From Amphiscolops sp. MND2022 (taxonomy: Eukaryota): DNA of 64,000 nucleotides. Within the stretch, counting starts at the first letter, position 1, and each line of letters opens with the position of its first letter. This document shows positions 22,501-37,300 of this stretch, one piece after another. Made by a program: the position numbers and the translations under genes. The notes beneath the pieces were generated by a model. It made no database searches and was not told the DNA's origin. It saw only the letters and a list, made by a program, of their open reading frames with translations. The DNA lies in contig OZ076409.1 of NCBI GenBank assembly GCA_964187785.1, forward strand, positions 71,054,001 to 71,118,000, given 5' to 3'.

Positions 22501-23434
22501 GAATGCTGTGTGAAATTTTCAGCTCAATCGGACTTAAACTCGAGGAGATATAGCGTTTTTCCGGAGCGGGGGGGTTTCATTTTTCTAACGGTCCAGCTTA
22601 TCTTTGCCATTTTTTCGAAAATGCACTCGCCTAAAGGCCTCCCCTGGCCGGTTTTATTCCCAGCAAAACCATTTGGCCCTAAATACGGAGTTTCAGCGTT
22701 CAAGCATTCCTGGGCGAAAAGTTGTGGGACTTAGAAAAGTTCAAAAATTTTCAAAAATTTTTTTTTCCGTTATTTGGGCCCCCAAAGTGGGGGAAAAGAC
22801 CCCCCAACCAGTAAGGCAAGTGAATGCATGTGCAAAGCCCTTGTTTAGACGAGAAAAATGCCGTTTAGAACGTCTTTTTATCTTAACTTGACATTGACTT
22901 TTGTCGTTTTGAAGGTGACCGTTAGATACGGAAAATTGATGTTTTGAGTATTTATCCCATCTGAAAGCCATTGAGATACAACATGTTTTGCTCAAAACGT
23001 GTTTCATTGCAGTTTCGCTGTCCATTATCACCCTTTGGTGTCTTTTCACGTAATTTTCGTTTCTATAATAACAATTTTTTTGTGTATTTATTCATTTTTT
23101 TCTCATCAAATAACTTGAAACAGTTGAGTACATTCCATCTCCCTTCCCGGGGGAGATGAGAATGTACTCGCTAAAGGTCAGGAACTACGGTCTATATCTT
23201 CCACAACACAAAAGGGATTGCAAATGGTTTCAGTTTGTCGCAGAAAACTTCTTTTTGCCCTCTGTGACTCGACAAAATGAACGTTTCTTACTTACTTTGA
23301 AACTCAGCATACCACAACTCATCTCTAACGTCAGCGCCCCCCTACTTGCATCAACGCCCACCGTCCGTGGGCATGCCGAGGCATGCCCTTCGACGACGTA
23401 TACCAAGATATACCTGGAGCGCGGTAGCCGCTAG
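19585..23434 (+). mobile_element. Three class D units (1288, 1291, 1271 bp)
   Basis: Joints at 20872 and 22163; three different head windows on similar bodies. Confidence 0.6.
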
Positions 23435-25969
23435 GTGGCCGTGTCTTTTCGACGTGCTTTTGCATCGAGGAGTGGGTAGGGCCCCGCGACGACCTAGAAG
23501 AATTGGATGCTCACCGAAACGTGCAGAATTCTACGAGATCTCATAGTTTGAGCCATACGATTTTTCTGAAATTTGGCATGTGGCCTGGAATTGGTGAGTA
23601 GGTAAAACGTGTAGGAGGTGATTTTTCCCAAATTCCACTGTGAGACGAGATATGGGCAAATAACGGTCCCAAAAATGGCAAAAATGCACTTTTTTCAAGT
23701 TTGTCAGCCCATATCTCGTTCCCAGGTGCCCGGAGCGGGACGCGTTAAGCTGATTATAAACTCTAGGGTGTTGAGGCTGTACGGTGAACTTGGGCCCGTT
23801 CCGATCCGACTTGTAGTCTTGGAGAAATAACGGTATTTTTGGGGAACCTTTTCTAACGGTCCAGCTTATCTTTGCCATTTTTTCGAAAATGTACTCGCCT
23901 AAAGGCCTCCCCCTGGCCGAATTTACTCCCAGCAAAACCATTTGGCCCTAAATACGGAGTTTCAGCGTTCCAGCATTCCCGGGCGAAAAGTTGTGGGACT
24001 TGGAAAATTTTCAAAAATTTTCAAAAAATTTTTTTTTCGTTTTCCGGGCCCCCAATGAAGGGGAAACGACCCCCCAACCAGTATTTTGAGTGAATTCATG
24101 TGGAAAGCCCTTGTTTTGACGAGAAAAATACCGTTTAGAACATCTTTTTATCTTGACTCAACGTTGACTTATGACGTTTTGAATGTGATGTAAGGATGTA
24201 GGAGGCATGTGATAAGTTGATGTTTTGAGTCTTTATCTCATATGAAAGCGGTTGAGATGCAAGCTGTCCTGCTCAAAACGTCTTTCGTTGTAATTTTCCA
24301 GTGCACCAATACCCTTTGGTGTCATATAAACATACTTTTTGTCGATATATTAACAATTTTAATGTATTTATTCCAATTTTTATTATCTTATAACTCAAAA
24401 CAGTTGAGTACATTTCATCTCCCTTTCGGGGGAGATGAGAATGTACTCGCTAAAGACCTAGCGCCATGACCAAAAGTTTGAAACCCACGTTTTTTATCTT
24501 CTTACAGACTTGTTTTTGTATTTTTTCGGAATTTTTTAAAAATTAATATACTTGAAATACATTACTTGACTTTACTACTACAACCCACCTCCAACGACAA
24601 CGCCCCCCTGCTTGCATCAACGCCCACCGTCCGTGGGCATGCCGAGGCATGCCCTTCGACGACGTATGCCAAATGCCCAGTGCCACGCAGTCATTATCGC
24701 TAGGTGGCCGTGTCTTTTCGACGTGCTTTTGCATCGAGGAGTGGGTAGGGCCCCGCGACGACCTAGAAGAATTGGATGCTCACCGAAACGTGCAGAATTC
24801 TACGAGATCTCATAGTTTGAGCCATACGATTTTGCTGAAATTTGGCATGTGGCCTGGAATTGGTGAGTAGGTAAAACGTGTAGGAGGTGATTTTTCCCAA
24901 ATTCCACTGTGAGACGAGATATGGGCAAATAACGGTCCCAAAAATGGCAAAAATGCACTTTTTTCAACTTTGTCAGCCCATATCTCGTTCCCAGGTGCCC
25001 GGAGCGGGACGCGTTAAGCTGATTATAAACTCTAGGGTGTTGAGGCTGTACGGGGAAGTCAGGCCCGTTCCGATCGGACCTGTAGTCTTGGAGAAATAAC
25101 GGTATTTTTGGGGAACCTTTTCTAACGGTCCAGCTTATCTTTGCCATTTTTTCGAAAATGTACTCGCCTAAAGGCCTCCCCCTGGCCGAATTTACTCCCA
25201 GCAAAACCATTTGGCCCTAAATACGGAGTTTCAGCGTTCCAGCATTCCCGGGCGAAAAGTTGTGGGACTTGGAAAATTTTCAAAAATTTTCAAAAATTTT
25301 TTTTTTCGTTTTCCGGGCCCCCAATGAAGGGGAAACGACCCCCCAACCAGTATTTTGAGTGAATTCATGTGGAAAGCCCTTGTTTTGACGAGAAAAATAC
25401 CGTTTAGAACATCTTTTTATCTTGACTCAACGTTGACTTATGACGTTTTGAATGTGATGTAAGGATGTAGGAGGCATGTGATAAGTTGATGTTTTGAGCC
25501 TTATCTCATATGAAAGCGGTTGAGATGCAAGCTGTCCTGCTCAAAACGTCTTTCGTTGTAATTTTGCAGTGCAACAATACCCTTTGGTGTCATATAAACA
25601 TACTTTTTGTCGATATATTAACAATTTTAATGTATTTATTCCAATTTTTATTATCTTATAACTCAAAACAGTTGAGTACATTTCATCTCCCTTTCGGGGG
25701 AGATGAGAATGTACTCGCTAAAGACCTAGCGCCATGACCAAAAGTTTGAAACCCACGTTTTTTATCTTCTTACAGACTTGTTTTTGTATTTTTTCGGAAT
25801 TTTTTAAAAATTAATATACTTGAAATACATTACTTGACTTTACTACTACACCACCTCCAACGACAACGCCCCCCTGCTTGCATCAACGCCCACCGTCCGT
25901 GGGCATGCCGAGGCATGCCCTTCGACGACGTATGCCAAATGCCCAGTGCCACGCAGTCATTATCGCTAG
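23435..25969 (+). mobile_element. Two class A units (1269 and 1266 bp)
   Basis: Same pair of subtypes, in the same order, as 1360-3896. Confidence 0.6.
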
Positions 25970-28900
25970 GTGCCGGGATTTTCTATTCGACAAGTTTGCG
26001 CGCCTTGGGGAGGGTCCCTTTGCGCGCTTTAAGATCCAGGTGTTTCCAACTCCTAAACGGGCATGTGATTTCGACGATCTCCTAAACTAGCCATACGATT
26101 TGGCTGAAATTTGGCACACGTACCCCCCTCGGCACGGTGAAGATGATTCCCTACTGACGTTTTTCCCGCTAAACATTTTTTGTTGACCAAAATAACGGTT
26201 TTTGGGGTAAATTTTTGAACTTTTTTTTAAATTTCATCTTATATCTCGCCACGGGTACACGCTAGCGCTTCAAAACCTTGCTGATGAAACCTTGCAAACT
26301 GTCTCAGGAATGCTGTGTGAAATTTTCAGCTCAATCGGACTCAAACTCGAGGAGATATAGCGTTTTTCCGGAGCGGGGGGGTTTCATTTTTCTAACGGTC
26401 CAGCTTATCTTTGCCATTTTTTCGAAAATGTACTCGTCTAAAGGCCTCCCCTGGCCGGTTTTATTCCAAGCAAAACCATTTGGCCCTAAATACGGAGTTT
26501 CAGCGTTCCAGCATTTCCGGGCGAAAAGTTGTGGGACTTAGAAAATTTCAAAAATTTTCAAAAAAAATTTTTTTCGTTATTTGGGCCCCCAAAGTGGGGG
26601 AAAAGACCCCCCAACCAGTAGAGCAAGTGAATGCATGTGCAAAGCCCTTGTTTGGACGAGAAAAATGCCGTTTAGAACGTCTTTTTATCTTGGCTCAACG
26701 TTGACTTATGACGTTTTGAAGGTGATGTTTGGAGGTGTAAAGCAAGTGAATAGTAAACGTTATGAGTATTTCTCTGATCTGAAAGCCATTGAGATGCAAT
26801 ATGGTTTGCTCAAAACGTAATTCATTGCAGTTTGGCAATCAATCAACACCCTTTGTTGTCGTTTGACATACTTTTTTGTTGTTATAATAAAAAATTTTGT
26901 GTATTTATTCATTTTTTTCTCATCAAATAACTTGGAACAGTTGAGTACATTCCATCCCCCCCTTCCGGGGGAGATGAGAATGTACTCGCAAAAAGCACCG
27001 AACTACGGCCCTTACCTTCTCGAGCTACGCAGTATAAGGATTACATATTGGTTCCGACATTTTCATAGAGTTATATCTTGGTAATCTGTCTGGATATGCC
27101 GAAAAATCAGCACGTGCCTTTTAATACCAAGTTGCTCACAACGACAATTATTTTATATCAACGCCCCCATATTTATCAACGCCCCCCGTCCGTGGGCATG
27201 CCGAGGCATGCCCTTCGACGACCCGCACCAAAATATGCGTTAGCGCGGTAGCCGCTAGGTGCCCGGATTTCTATTCATTAAAGTATGTTGCGCGTGCGGG
27301 TAGGGCCCCTGGCGCGCTCTTGTGTCCCTGTTCTCATAACTGCAATTTCCGGCAGCATTCTGAGCGATTTTCTAAACTATCCATACGATTCGGCTGAAAT
27401 TTGGCACACGTACCCCCCTCGGCACGGTGAAGATGATTTCCTACTGACGTTTTTCCCGCAAATTTTTTTTTGTTGTCCAAAATAACGGTTTTTGGGGTAA
27501 AATTTTGAATTTTTTTTAAATTTTATCTTATATCTCGCCACGGGTTTACGCTAGCGCTTCAGAACCCTGCTAAAGAAAGCTTGCAAACTGTCTCAGGAAT
27601 GCTGTGTGAAATTTTCAGCTCAATCGGACTCAAACTCGGGGAGATATAGCGTTTTTCCGGAGCGGGGGGGTTTCATTTTTCTAACGGTCCAGCTTATCTT
27701 TGCCATTTTTTCGAAAATGCACTCGCCTAAAGGCCTCCCCTGGCCGGTTTTATTCCCAGCAAAACCATTTGGCCCTAAATACGGAGTTTCAGCGTTCCAG
27801 CATTCCCGGGCGAAAAGTTGTGGGACTTAGAAAAGTTCAAAAGTTTTCAAAAAATTTTTTTTCCGTTTTCCGCCCTCCCCCCCTAGGGGAAAAGACCCCC
27901 CAACCAGTAATTTGAGTGAATTCATGTGGAAAGGCCATGTTTAGAGGAGAAAAATGCCGTTTAGAACGTCTTTTTATCTTAATTCAACGTTGACTTATGA
28001 CGTTTTGAAGGTGATGTTTGGAGGTGTGAAGCACGTGAAAAGTAAACGTTATGAGTATTTATCTGATCTGAAAGCCATTGAGATGCAACCTGTTTTGCTC
28101 AAAACGTAATTCATATCAATTTGGTAGTCAATCAACACCCTTTGTTGTCATTTGACATCTTTTTTTGTTGATATAAGAAAAAAATTCGTGTATTTATTCA
28201 TTTTTTTCTCATCAAATAACTTGAAACAGTTGAGTACATTCCATCCCCCCTTCACGGGGGAGATGAGAATGTACTCGCAAAAAGCCCCAAACTACGGCCC
28301 TTACCTTCCTGAGCTACGCAGTATAAAGATTGCATATTGGTTCCGACATTTTGATAGAGTTATATCTTGGTAATCTGTCTGGGTATGCAGAAAAACCAGC
28401 ACGTGCTTTTTTATACCAAGTTGCTCACAACGACATTTATTTTATATCAACGCCCCCATATTTATCAACGCCCCCCGTCCGTGGGCATGCCGAGGCATGC
28501 CCTTCGACGACGTATACCAAGATATACTTCGAGCGCGTTAGCCTAGGTGCCGGGATTTTCTATTCGACAAGTTTGCGCGCCTTGGGGAGGGTCCCTTTGC
28601 GCGCTTTAAGATCCAGGTGTTTCCAACTCCTAAACGGGCATGTGATTTCGACGATCTCCTAAACTAGCCATACGATTTGGCTGAAATTTGGCACACGTAC
28701 CCCCCTCGGCACGGTGAAGATGATTCCCTACTGACGTTTTTCCCGCTAAACATTTTTTGTTGACCAAAATAACGGTTTTTGGGGTAAAATTTTCAACTTT
28801 TTTTAAATTTCATCTTATATCTCGCCACGGGTACACGCTAGCGCTTCCAAACCTTGCTGACGAAAGTTTGCAAACTGTCTCAGGAATGCTGTGTGAAATT

Positions 28901-29811
28901 TACAGCTCAATCAGACTTAAACTCAGGGAGATATAGCGTTTTTCCGGAGCGGGGGGGTTTCATTTTTCTAACGGTCCAGCTTATCTTTGCCATTTTTTCG
29001 AAAATGCACTCGCCTAAAGGCCTCCCCTGGCCGGTTTTATCCCCAGCAACACCATTTGGCCCTAAATACGGAGTTTCAGCGTTCCAGCATTCCCGGGCGA
29101 AAAGTTGTGGGACTTAGAATTTTTCAAAAATTTTCAAAAATTTTTTTTCCGTTATTTGGGCCCCCAAAGTGGGGGAAAGCACCCCCCAACCAGTAAAGCA
29201 AGTGAATGCATGTGGAAAGCCCTTGTTAAGACAAGAAAAATGGCGTTTAGAATGTCTTTTTATCTTAACTTGACATTGACTTTTGTCGTTTTGAAGGTGA
29301 CCGTTAGATACAGAAAATTGATATTTTGAGTATTTATCCCATCTGAAAGCCATTGAGATACAACATGTTTTGCTCAAAACGTGCTTCATTGCAGTTCCGC
29401 TGTCCATTGACACCCTTTGATGTCTTTTGACGTAATTTTCTTTTCTATAATAACAATTTTTTTGTGTATTTATTCATTTTTTTCTCATCAAATAACTTGA
29501 AACAGTTGAGTACATTCCATCTCCCTTCCCGGGGGAGATGAGAATGTACTCGCTAAAGGTCAGGAACTACGGTCTATATCTTCCACAACACAAAAGCAAT
29601 TGAAAATTGTTTCAGTTTGTCGCAGAAAACTTTTCTTTTTGCATTCAGTGACTCGGCAAAGTGAACGATTTTGACCCATATTGAACCTTACTTTACCACA
29701 ACTCATCTCTAACGTCAACGCCCCACACTCATATCAACGCCCACCGTCCGTGGGCATGCCGAGGCATGCCCTTCGACGACGTATGCCAAACACAAACGCG
29801 GTAGCCGCTAG
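25970..29811 (+). mobile_element. Three class D units (1289, 1288, 1265 bp)
   Basis: Joints at 27258 and 28546. Confidence 0.6.
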
Positions 29812-31093
29812 GTGGCCGTGTCTTTTCGACGTGCTTTTGCATCGAGGAGTGGGTAGGGCCCCGCGACGACCTAGAAGAATTGGATGCTCACCGAAACGTG
29901 CAGAATTCTACGAGATCTCATAGTTTGAGCCATACGATTTTTCTGAAATTTGGCATGTGGCCTGGAATTGGTGAGTAGGTAAAACGTGTAGGAGGTAATT
30001 TTTCCCAAATTCCATTGTGAGAGGAGATATGGGCAAATAACGGACCCAAAAATGGGGAAAATGCTTTTTTTTCAAGCTTGTCAGCCCATATCTCGTTTCC
30101 ACGTGCTCGGAGCGGGACGCGTTAAGCTGATTATAAACGCTACGGTGTTGGGGCTGTACGGGGAACTTAGGCTCGTTTCGATCGGATAAGTGGTCTTGGA
30201 GAAATAACGGTATTTTTGGGGGTTTCCGGGTTAAAATTTTTAACGGTCCAGCTTATCTTTGCCATTTTTTCGAAAATGTACTCGCCTAAAGGCCTCCCCC
30301 TGGCCGAATTTACTCCCAGCAAAACCATTTGGCCCTAAATACGGAGTTTCAGCGTTCCAGCATTCCCGGGCGAAAAGTTGTGGGACTTGGAAAAATTTTA
30401 AAAATTTTCAAAATTTTTTTTTACGTTTTCCGGGCCCCCAATGAAGGGGAAACGACCCCCCAACCCTTATTTTGAGTGAATGCATGTGGAAAGGCCATGG
30501 TTAGAGGAGAAAAATGCCGTTTAGATTGTCTTTCTATTTTAACTTGACATTGACTTATGACGTTTTGAATGTGATGTTAGGATGTGTGAGGCATGTGAAA
30601 AGTTGATGTTTTGAGTCTTTATCTCATATGAAAGCAATTGAGATGCACGCTGTCCTGCTCAAAACGTCTTTCGTTGTAGTTTTCCAGTGCACCAGAACCC
30701 TTTGGTGTCATTTGAACATACTTTTCTTCGGTTTATTAACATTTTTAATGTATTTATTCCAATTTTTATTATCTTATAGCTCAAAACAGTTGAGTACATT
30801 TCATCTCCCTTTCGGGGGAGATGAGAATGTACTCGCTAAAGACCTAGCGCCATGACCAAAATTTGAAGCGCACGTTTTGTATCTTCTTACAGACTTGTTT
30901 TTGTATTTTTTCGGATTTTTCTAAAAAAATGATAATATACTTGAAATACATTACTTGACTTTACTACTACATTCCACCTCCAACGTCAACGCCCCCCTGC
31001 TTGCATCAACGCCCACCGTCCGTGGGCATGCCGAGGCATGCCCTTCGACGACGTATGCCAAATGCCCAGTGCCACGCAGTCTTTCCCCGCTAG
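29812..31093 (+). mobile_element. Class A unit (1282 bp)
   Basis: Class A head; 3' half matches the unit at 14481-15752. Confidence 0.6.
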
Positions 31094-32366
31094 GTGCCGG
31101 TGTTTTTTTACACAATGGGGGATGTTGCGCGGTTGGGGAGGGTCCCTGACGCGCTTCCGTGGTATCGGGTCTTTCAACCGATGAAAACGACATAAAAAAT
31201 TGGGATCTCGTAAACTAGCCATACGATTTGGCTGAAATTTGGCACACGTACCCCCCTCGGCACGGTGAAGATGATTCCCTACTGACGTTTTTCCCGCTAA
31301 ACATTTTTTGTTGACCAAAATAACGGTTTTTGGGGTAAAATTTTCAACTTTTTTTAAATTTCATCTTATATCTCGCCACGGGTACACGCTAGCGCTTCCA
31401 AACCTTGCTGACGAAAGTTTGCAAACTGTCTCAGGAATGCGGTGTGAAATTTTCAGCTCAATCGGACTTAAACTCGAGGAGATATAGCGTTTTTCCGGAG
31501 CGGGGGGGTTTCATTTTTCTAACGGTCCAGCTTATCTTTGCCATTTTTTCGGAAATGCACTCGCCTAAAGGCCTTCCCTGGCCGGTTTTATTCCCAGCAA
31601 AACCATTTGGCCCTAAATACGGAGTTTCAGCGTTCCAGCATTCCTGGGCGAAAAGTTGTGGGACTTAGAAAAGTTGAAAAATTTTCAAAAAAAATTTTTC
31701 CGTTATTTGGGCCCTCAAAGTGGGGGAAAAGACCCCCCAACCAGTAAAGCAAGTGAATGCATGTGGAAAGCCCTTGTTTAGACGAGAAAAATGCCGTTTA
31801 GAACGTCTTTTTATCTTAACTTGACATTGACTTTTGTCGTTTTGAAGGTGACCGTTAGATACGGAAAATTGATGTTTTGAGTATTTATCCCATCTGAAAG
31901 CCATTGAGATACAACATGTTTTGCTCAAAACGTGTTTCATTGCAATTTCGCTGTCCATTATCACCCTTTGGTGTCTTTTCACGTAATTTTCGTTTCTATA
32001 ATAACAATTTTTTGTGTATTTATTCATTATTTTCTCATCAAATAACTTGAAACAGTTGAGTACATTCCATCTCCCTTCCCGGGGGAGATGAGAATGTACT
32101 CGCTAAAGGTCAGGAACTACGGTCTATATCTTCCACAACACAAAAGGGATTGCAAATGGTTTCAGTTTGTCGCAGAAAACTTCTTTTTGCCCTCTGTGAC
32201 TCGACAAAATGAACGTTTCTTACTTACTTTGAAACTCAGCATACCACAACTCATCTCTAACGTCAGCGCCCCCCTACTTGCATCAACGCCCACCGTCCGT
32301 GGGCATGCCGAGGCATGCCCTTCGACGACGTATACCAAGATATACCTGGAGCGCGGTAGCCGCTAG
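31094..32366 (+). mobile_element. Class D unit (1273 bp)
   Basis: Class D body; its variable window is related to the ones at 38259 and 57304. Confidence 0.6.
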
Positions 32367-32423
32367 GTGCGGGGGGGTAACCCCAACAAATATATTGGAG
32401 GATTCGGGTAGGGTCCTGAATCC
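32367..32423 (+). other. Representative 5' structured head (two hairpins)
   Basis: GGGG-GTAA-CCCC, then GGATTCGGG-TAGGGT-CCTGAATCC. Stems differ between classes but still pair. Confidence 0.8.
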
Positions 32424-34337
32424 GATTTTAACTCTAATAGCTATCGATAGGAAATCTTGCAAAAATTTCGGGATCTCGTGATCTAACCATAGGATTTTAA
32501 AGTTGGAGCGGCCCCCACCAGATTTTCCGAAAATTAGCGCCCCCCACCGGGTTCCATACCCCGGAAAATTTTTTTCTGGCCACACGGGCGACCGTTAGGG
32601 GGTCATTTTAGGGGTAAAATTCATATTGGGCCACATAACTTTTTTTCTGTTGATTTAAAACTTTGGAACCCTGCTAAAAGTTTTTTGACCGTGTTGCAGG
32701 GGCCCCGAAGGTCCAAACCAAATTTTTCTATCTTGAAGCTATCTCCAAGTACCCCCCCGCTCAAACCGTTATTTTTCCGGAAACGCAGGTTTTTGACCCG
32801 GAAGGAGTCGTCTGAGCGCGGGGTCGTTAGGTGATGTATTGGGGACGGCCTTGAGACGAAGTGGGGGACAAGTAGTTTGCCAACCTCAATTTACCCCCCG
32901 GACGGGAAATGACCGTTATATGAGCGTGAAAAATGCCCCCCTCCACGTTTTACCGCTATTTCCAGTGTGAAGGAGTGGGAGTAGCGCGTCGGGTGTTATA
33001 TAACAAAAGTAGGTTTAGACAAGGACCTATCGGAAACATGTAGTTTGGGCCCCCCTGGACCAACCCGTTAGCGGGAAATGGGGCTTCCGCCTCCTTTTTT
33101 TAGTGCTAAAACCGTAAAATTGGCATTGAGGGGTAAATATCTCGTGAACGCGTGGAGCAATCGTGTCCATCACTACTACAAGGTTTCATACCCATGATAT
33201 GGTGCCTTCAGGGGGGCAAACAGATTTCCGCTATCTATCACCGTTACCGACTTGGCCCCCCAGCCTAACCGCTATGTGACCGGAAATGTCACTTTTTGAG
33301 CCCAAAGGGTCGGTCCCAGCCGGGGAACGTTAGGTAACTTATTGTAGTTCTCAATGAGACGAGTTGGGGGATATAGTTTCAGTCACCCCCCGTTACCCCT
33401 TGGGACCGGAAATGACCGTTATGTGGGTAAAATTGCAATTTTTATACTTTTTCAAGTGTATTTAGGTGCGGAAGTAGTGGTAATAGGTGCTTGGACACTA
33501 TATGAGGTAAGGGAGGACGTGAGGCGAGCATTCGGAAATAACCGTTATGTTGACCCTAAAGTCCCCCTGGTACCGTAAACGACCGGAAATGGTCAAATTT
33601 TGTGTCTATTGGGTACAAATGTTTTGTATTTTGTAGATAAAAGTATCTATTAGGTGTTTCGACGGTCTACAGTAGTGAACATAGTCATGAAACCTTGTGG
33701 GGGGTAACGGTATATAGCACCGGAAGTCAAACCGTTGGAGACAGGATAGGTTTTTTGGTTTTAAAATGTCTTTCGGCGTAATTTTTTCGACTCTTGTGGC
33801 CTATTTTTAAAAATTAAAGTTTTTCCATATAGTTTCAGAGACTCCGAAACCTCAACCAACATAACCGTTACCTTATGATAGCCTTTCAAGTTGGCCTGGT
33901 GTCAACTTGGAAGGGCTATCCTTCAAAAATCGTCAATCAAGTGTATTTTTGGGTATGTTTGTATCGTTTTAGAATCAAATAGAGCTTCAAGAAAAGTTTG
34001 CCAACGACAAAAACTATGTCGTGATGATTCCGTTATTAGAATAATAGTTAGCAATTTGTTGAGAAAATTGATTTTTTCCATATAAAATGTGTCCTAATTG
34101 CCAGGAAACCTATTTAACTAACAAATGGTATTGATTGGAATGTATGTAACAGAGTTATAAAAGTTCAAATTGATTATTACGTTTCATTATGGAAGCTGAA
34201 ACGTCATATTTCAGTTTAATTAACGTCAACGCCACATACTTTACATCAACGCCCACCGTCTGTGGGCATGCCGAGGCATGCCCTTCGACGACGTATGACA
34301 AATCCATATCAAACGACGCCCGTACATCCCGGGCTAG
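32367..34337 (+). mobile_element. Class H unit (1971 bp)
   Basis: Head GTGCGGGGGGGTAACCCC; two diverged ~500-bp internal subrepeats; GATAGCC-type hairpin. Confidence 0.6.
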
Positions 34338-37300
34338 GTGCCGGGATTTCCATTCGATAAGGAATTCTGCGCGTGTGGGTAGGGCCCCTGGCGCGCTCCT
34401 GTGTTTTCGGTTTTCCTACTCCAAATTCACACCCCAGTTATCTCCGATCTCGTAAACTATCCATACGATTTGGCTGAAATTTGGCACACGTACCCCCCTC
34501 GGCACGGTGAAGATGATTTCCTACTGACGTTTTTCCCGCTAAACATTTTTTGTTGACCAAAATAACGGTTTTTGGGGTAAAATTTTCAACTTTTTTTAAA
34601 TTTTATCTTATATCTCGCCACGGGTACACGCTAGCGCTTCCAAACCTTGCTGACGAAAGTTTGCAAACTGTCTCAGGAATGCTGTGTGAAATTTTCAGCT
34701 CAATCGGACTTAAACTCGAGGAGATATAGCGTTTTTCCGGAGCGGGGGGGTTTCATTTTTCTAACGGTCCAGCTTATCTTTGCCATTTTTTCGAAAATGC
34801 ACTCGCCTAAAGGCCTCCCCTGGCCGGTTTTATTCCCAGCAAAACCATTTGGCCCTAAATACGGAGTTTCAGCGTTCCAGCATTCCCGGGCGAAAAGTTG
34901 TGGGACTTAGAAAATTTCAAAAATTTTCAAAAATTTTTTTTCCGTTATTTGGGCCCCCAAAGTGGGGGAAAAGACCCCCCAACCAGTAAAGCAAGTGAAT
35001 GCATGTGCAAAGCCCTTGTTTAGAGGAGAAAAATGCCGTTTAGAACGTCTTTTTATCTTGGCTCAACGTTGACTTATGACGTTTTGAAGGTGATGTTTGG
35101 AGGTGTAAATCACGTGAATAGTAAACGTTATGAGTATTTATCTGATCTGAAAGCCATTGAGATGCAATATGGTTTGCTCAAAACGTAATTCATGGCAGTT
35201 TGGCAATCAATCAACACCCTTTGTTGTCGTTTGACATACTTTTTTGTTGTTATAATAAAAATTTTGTGTATTTGTTCATTTTTTTCTCATCAAATAACTT
35301 GAAACAGTTGAGTACATTCCATCCCCCCTTCCGGGGGAGATGAGAATGTACTCGCAAAAAGCAGCGAATTACGGCCCTTACCTTCCCGAGCTACGCAGTA
35401 TAAGGATTACATATTGGTTCCGACATTTTCATAGAGTTAAATCTTGGTAATCTGTCTGGATATGCAGAAAAATCAGCACGTGCCTTTTAATACCAAGTTG
35501 CTCACAACGACAATTATTTTATATCAACGCCCCCATATTTATCAACGCCCCCCGTCCGTGGGCATGCCGAGGCATGCCCTTCGACGACGTATACCAAGAT
35601 ATACATCGAGCGCGTTAGCCTAGGTGCCGGGATTTCTATTCGATAAAGTATGTGGCGCGCCTTGGGTAGGGTCCCTTGCGCGCTCTTGGGTTTGGTGTTC
35701 ACCAGCTAGGAAACAGGGGTCGATTTTTCGGGATCTCCTAAACTAGCCACACGATTTGGCTGAAATTTGGCACACGTACCCCCCTCGGCACGGTGAAGAT
35801 GATTTCCTACTGACGTTTTTCCCGCAAAATTTTTTTTGTTGTCCAAAATAACGGTTTTTGGGGGAAAATTTTGAACTTTTTTTAAATTTCATCTTATATC
35901 TCGCCACCGGTTTACGCTAGCGCTTCAAAACCCTGCTAAAGAAAGCTTGCAAACTGTCTCAGGAATGCGGTGTGAAATTTTCAGCTCAATCGGACTCAAA
36001 CTCAGGGAGATATAGCGTTTTTCCGGAGCGGGGGGGTTTCATTTTTCTAACGGTCCAGCTTATCTTAGCCATTTTTTCGAAAATGTACTCGCCTAAAGAC
36101 CTCCCCTGGCCGGTTTTATTCCCAGCAAAACCATTTGGCCCTAAATACGGAGTTTCAGCGTTCCAGCATTCCCGGGCGAAAAGTTGTGGGACTTAGAAAA
36201 TTTCAAAAATTTTCAAAAATTTTTTTTCCGTTTTCCGCCCTCCCCCCCTAGGGGAAAAGACCCCCCAACCAGTAATTTGAGTGAATTCATGTGGAAAGGC
36301 CATGTTTAGAGGAGAAAAATCCCGTTTAAATTGTCTTTTTATCTTTATTCAACGTTGACTTATGACGTTTTGAAGGTGATGTTTGGAGGTGTGAAGCACG
36401 TGAAAAGTAAACGTTATGAGTATTTATCTGATCTGAAAGCCATTGAGATGCAACCTGTTTTGCTCAAAACGTAATTCATATCAGTTTGGTAGTCAATCAA
36501 CACCCTTTGTTGTCATTTGACATCTTTTTTTGTTGATATAAGAAAAAATTTCGTGTATTTATTCATTTTTTTCTCATCAAATAACTTGAAACAGTTGAGT
36601 ACATTCCATCCCCCCTTCACGGGGGAGATGAGAATGTACTCGCAAAAAGCCCCAAACTACGGCCCTTACCTTCCTGAGCTACGCAGTATAAAGATTGCAT
36701 ATTGGTTCCGACATTTTGATAGAGTTATATCTTGGTAATCGGTCTGGGTATGCAGAAAAACCAGCACGTGCTTTTTTATACCAAGTTGCTCACAACGACA
36801 TTTATTTTATATCAACGCCCCCAAAATTATCAACGCCCCCCCGTCCGTGGGCATGCCGAGGCATGCCCTTCGACGACGTATACCAAAATATGTTCGAGCG
36901 CGTTAGCCTAGGTGCCGGGATTTCCATTCGATAAGGAATTCTGCGCGTGTGGGTAGGGCCCCTGGCGCGCTCCTGTGTTTTCGGTTTTCCTACTCCAAAT
37001 TCACACCCCAGTTATCTCCGATCTCGTAAACTATCCATACGATTTGGCTGAAATTTGGCACACGTACCCCCCTCGGCACGGTGAAGATGATTTCCTACTG
37101 ACGTTTTTCCCGCTAAACATTTTTTGTTGACCAAAATAACGGTTTTTGGGGTAAAATTTTCAACTTTTTTTAAATTTTATCTTATATCTCGCCACGGGTA
37201 CACGCTAGCGCTTCCAAACCTTGCTGACGAAAGTTTGCAAACTGTCTCAGGAATGCTGTGTGAAATTTTCAGCTCAATCGGACTTAAACTCGAGGAGATA

